Shown: positions 24,033 to 24,199 of the stretch, piece after piece
Layout of the letters: every line of letters starts with the position of its first letter
Position numbering within the stretch: the first letter of the stretch is position 1
IMG/VR virus record: IMGVR_UViG_3300021598_000365
Span: 1 to 24,199 of that record
Length of the DNA: 24,199 nucleotides
Source of the DNA: a virus
Taxonomy: Duplodnaviria; Caudoviricetes
Reading direction: 5' to 3' (one strand)
The notes under the pieces: model-generated
Told to the model about the DNA's origin: nothing
Databases searched by the model: none
What the model saw: the letters and a program-made list of their open reading frames with translations, nothing else
Translations under genes and position numbers: made by a program

Positions 24033-24199
24033 TTAGACATGGCTGTAACGCGCCGTGTCGGTGTAGCCCGTGATGCTGCCGTGAGCGTTACGGGCAAGGC
24101 AGGCAAGGTTGCCGTACCAGCCGTAGGTCGTCTCGAACGCATCGCGGCCCTGAATCCAGCGCCACGGACCCGCACCCTCGAACTCGACGAAGCCCCAAT
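24033..24199 (-). CDS. Major capsid protein, C-terminal 54 aa (truncated by the window edge); absent from the ORF track
   Basis: Hand translation WGFVEFEGAGPWRWIQGRDAFETTYGWYGNLACLARNAHGSITGYTDTARYSHV*. The DA.E....Y.NL....RNAHG.I.G pattern matches phage capsid C-termini, and the position fits. Confidence 0.75.
   Translation of the reverse strand, partial: WGFVEFEGAGPWRWIQGRDAFETTYGWYGNLACLARNAHGSITGYTDTARYSHV

Larger units (their letters stand above)
1..24199. mobile_element. Tailed dsDNA bacteriophage/prophage genome segment (podovirus-like organisation)
   Basis: Capsid C-terminus, adaptor/nozzle-like genes, fibre genes, ejection-like proteins, holins, endolysin, primase-helicase and RusA are present. 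There is no tape measure, sheath or tube gene between the head and lysis genes, and no host housekeeping genes. Temperate versus lytic cannot be decided from this window. Confidence 0.95.

Noticed and set aside
7288-24073. Numerous plus-strand ORFs across the late region (for example 19419..20321, 18419..19075, 23387..24073)
   Set aside because: They are antisense shadows of GC-rich coding genes, with Arg/Pro/Ala-biased translations and no SD or recognisable motifs.

Overview
The window is a segment of a GC-rich tailed dsDNA phage or prophage genome with a podovirus-like gene set and two convergent arms. No integrase, att site, tRNA, rRNA or CRISPR array is visible. The + arm (1-7064) starts with small, translationally coupled accessory genes, some joined by an identical 17-bp RBS/stop-start junction. 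A sigma70-type promoter (1973-2001) then precedes a replication/recombination module: SSB-like protein, Cas4-like PD-(D/E)xK nuclease, HTH, initiator-like domain, primase-helicase and RusA. The - arm (24199-7183) is the late operon: capsid C-terminus, head completion and nozzle proteins, a multi-gene fibre module, small basic proteins, four ejection/internal proteins, two holin-like genes, an ADP-ribosyltransferase-like gene and an M15 endolysin. The most striking observation lies in the ~120-bp gap between the arms. It holds an apparent stand-alone ~85-nt small RNA gene with its own TTGACA-17-TAAGTT promoter, a 5' hairpin, a largely unpaired seed and a terminator-like hairpin. The seed can pair with 22 of 24 nt across the Shine-Dalgarno and start codon of the first replication-module gene, 5 kb upstream. 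This is a candidate phage trans-acting sRNA circuit controlling replication. All protein family calls come from motif recognition by eye; no database searches were run.
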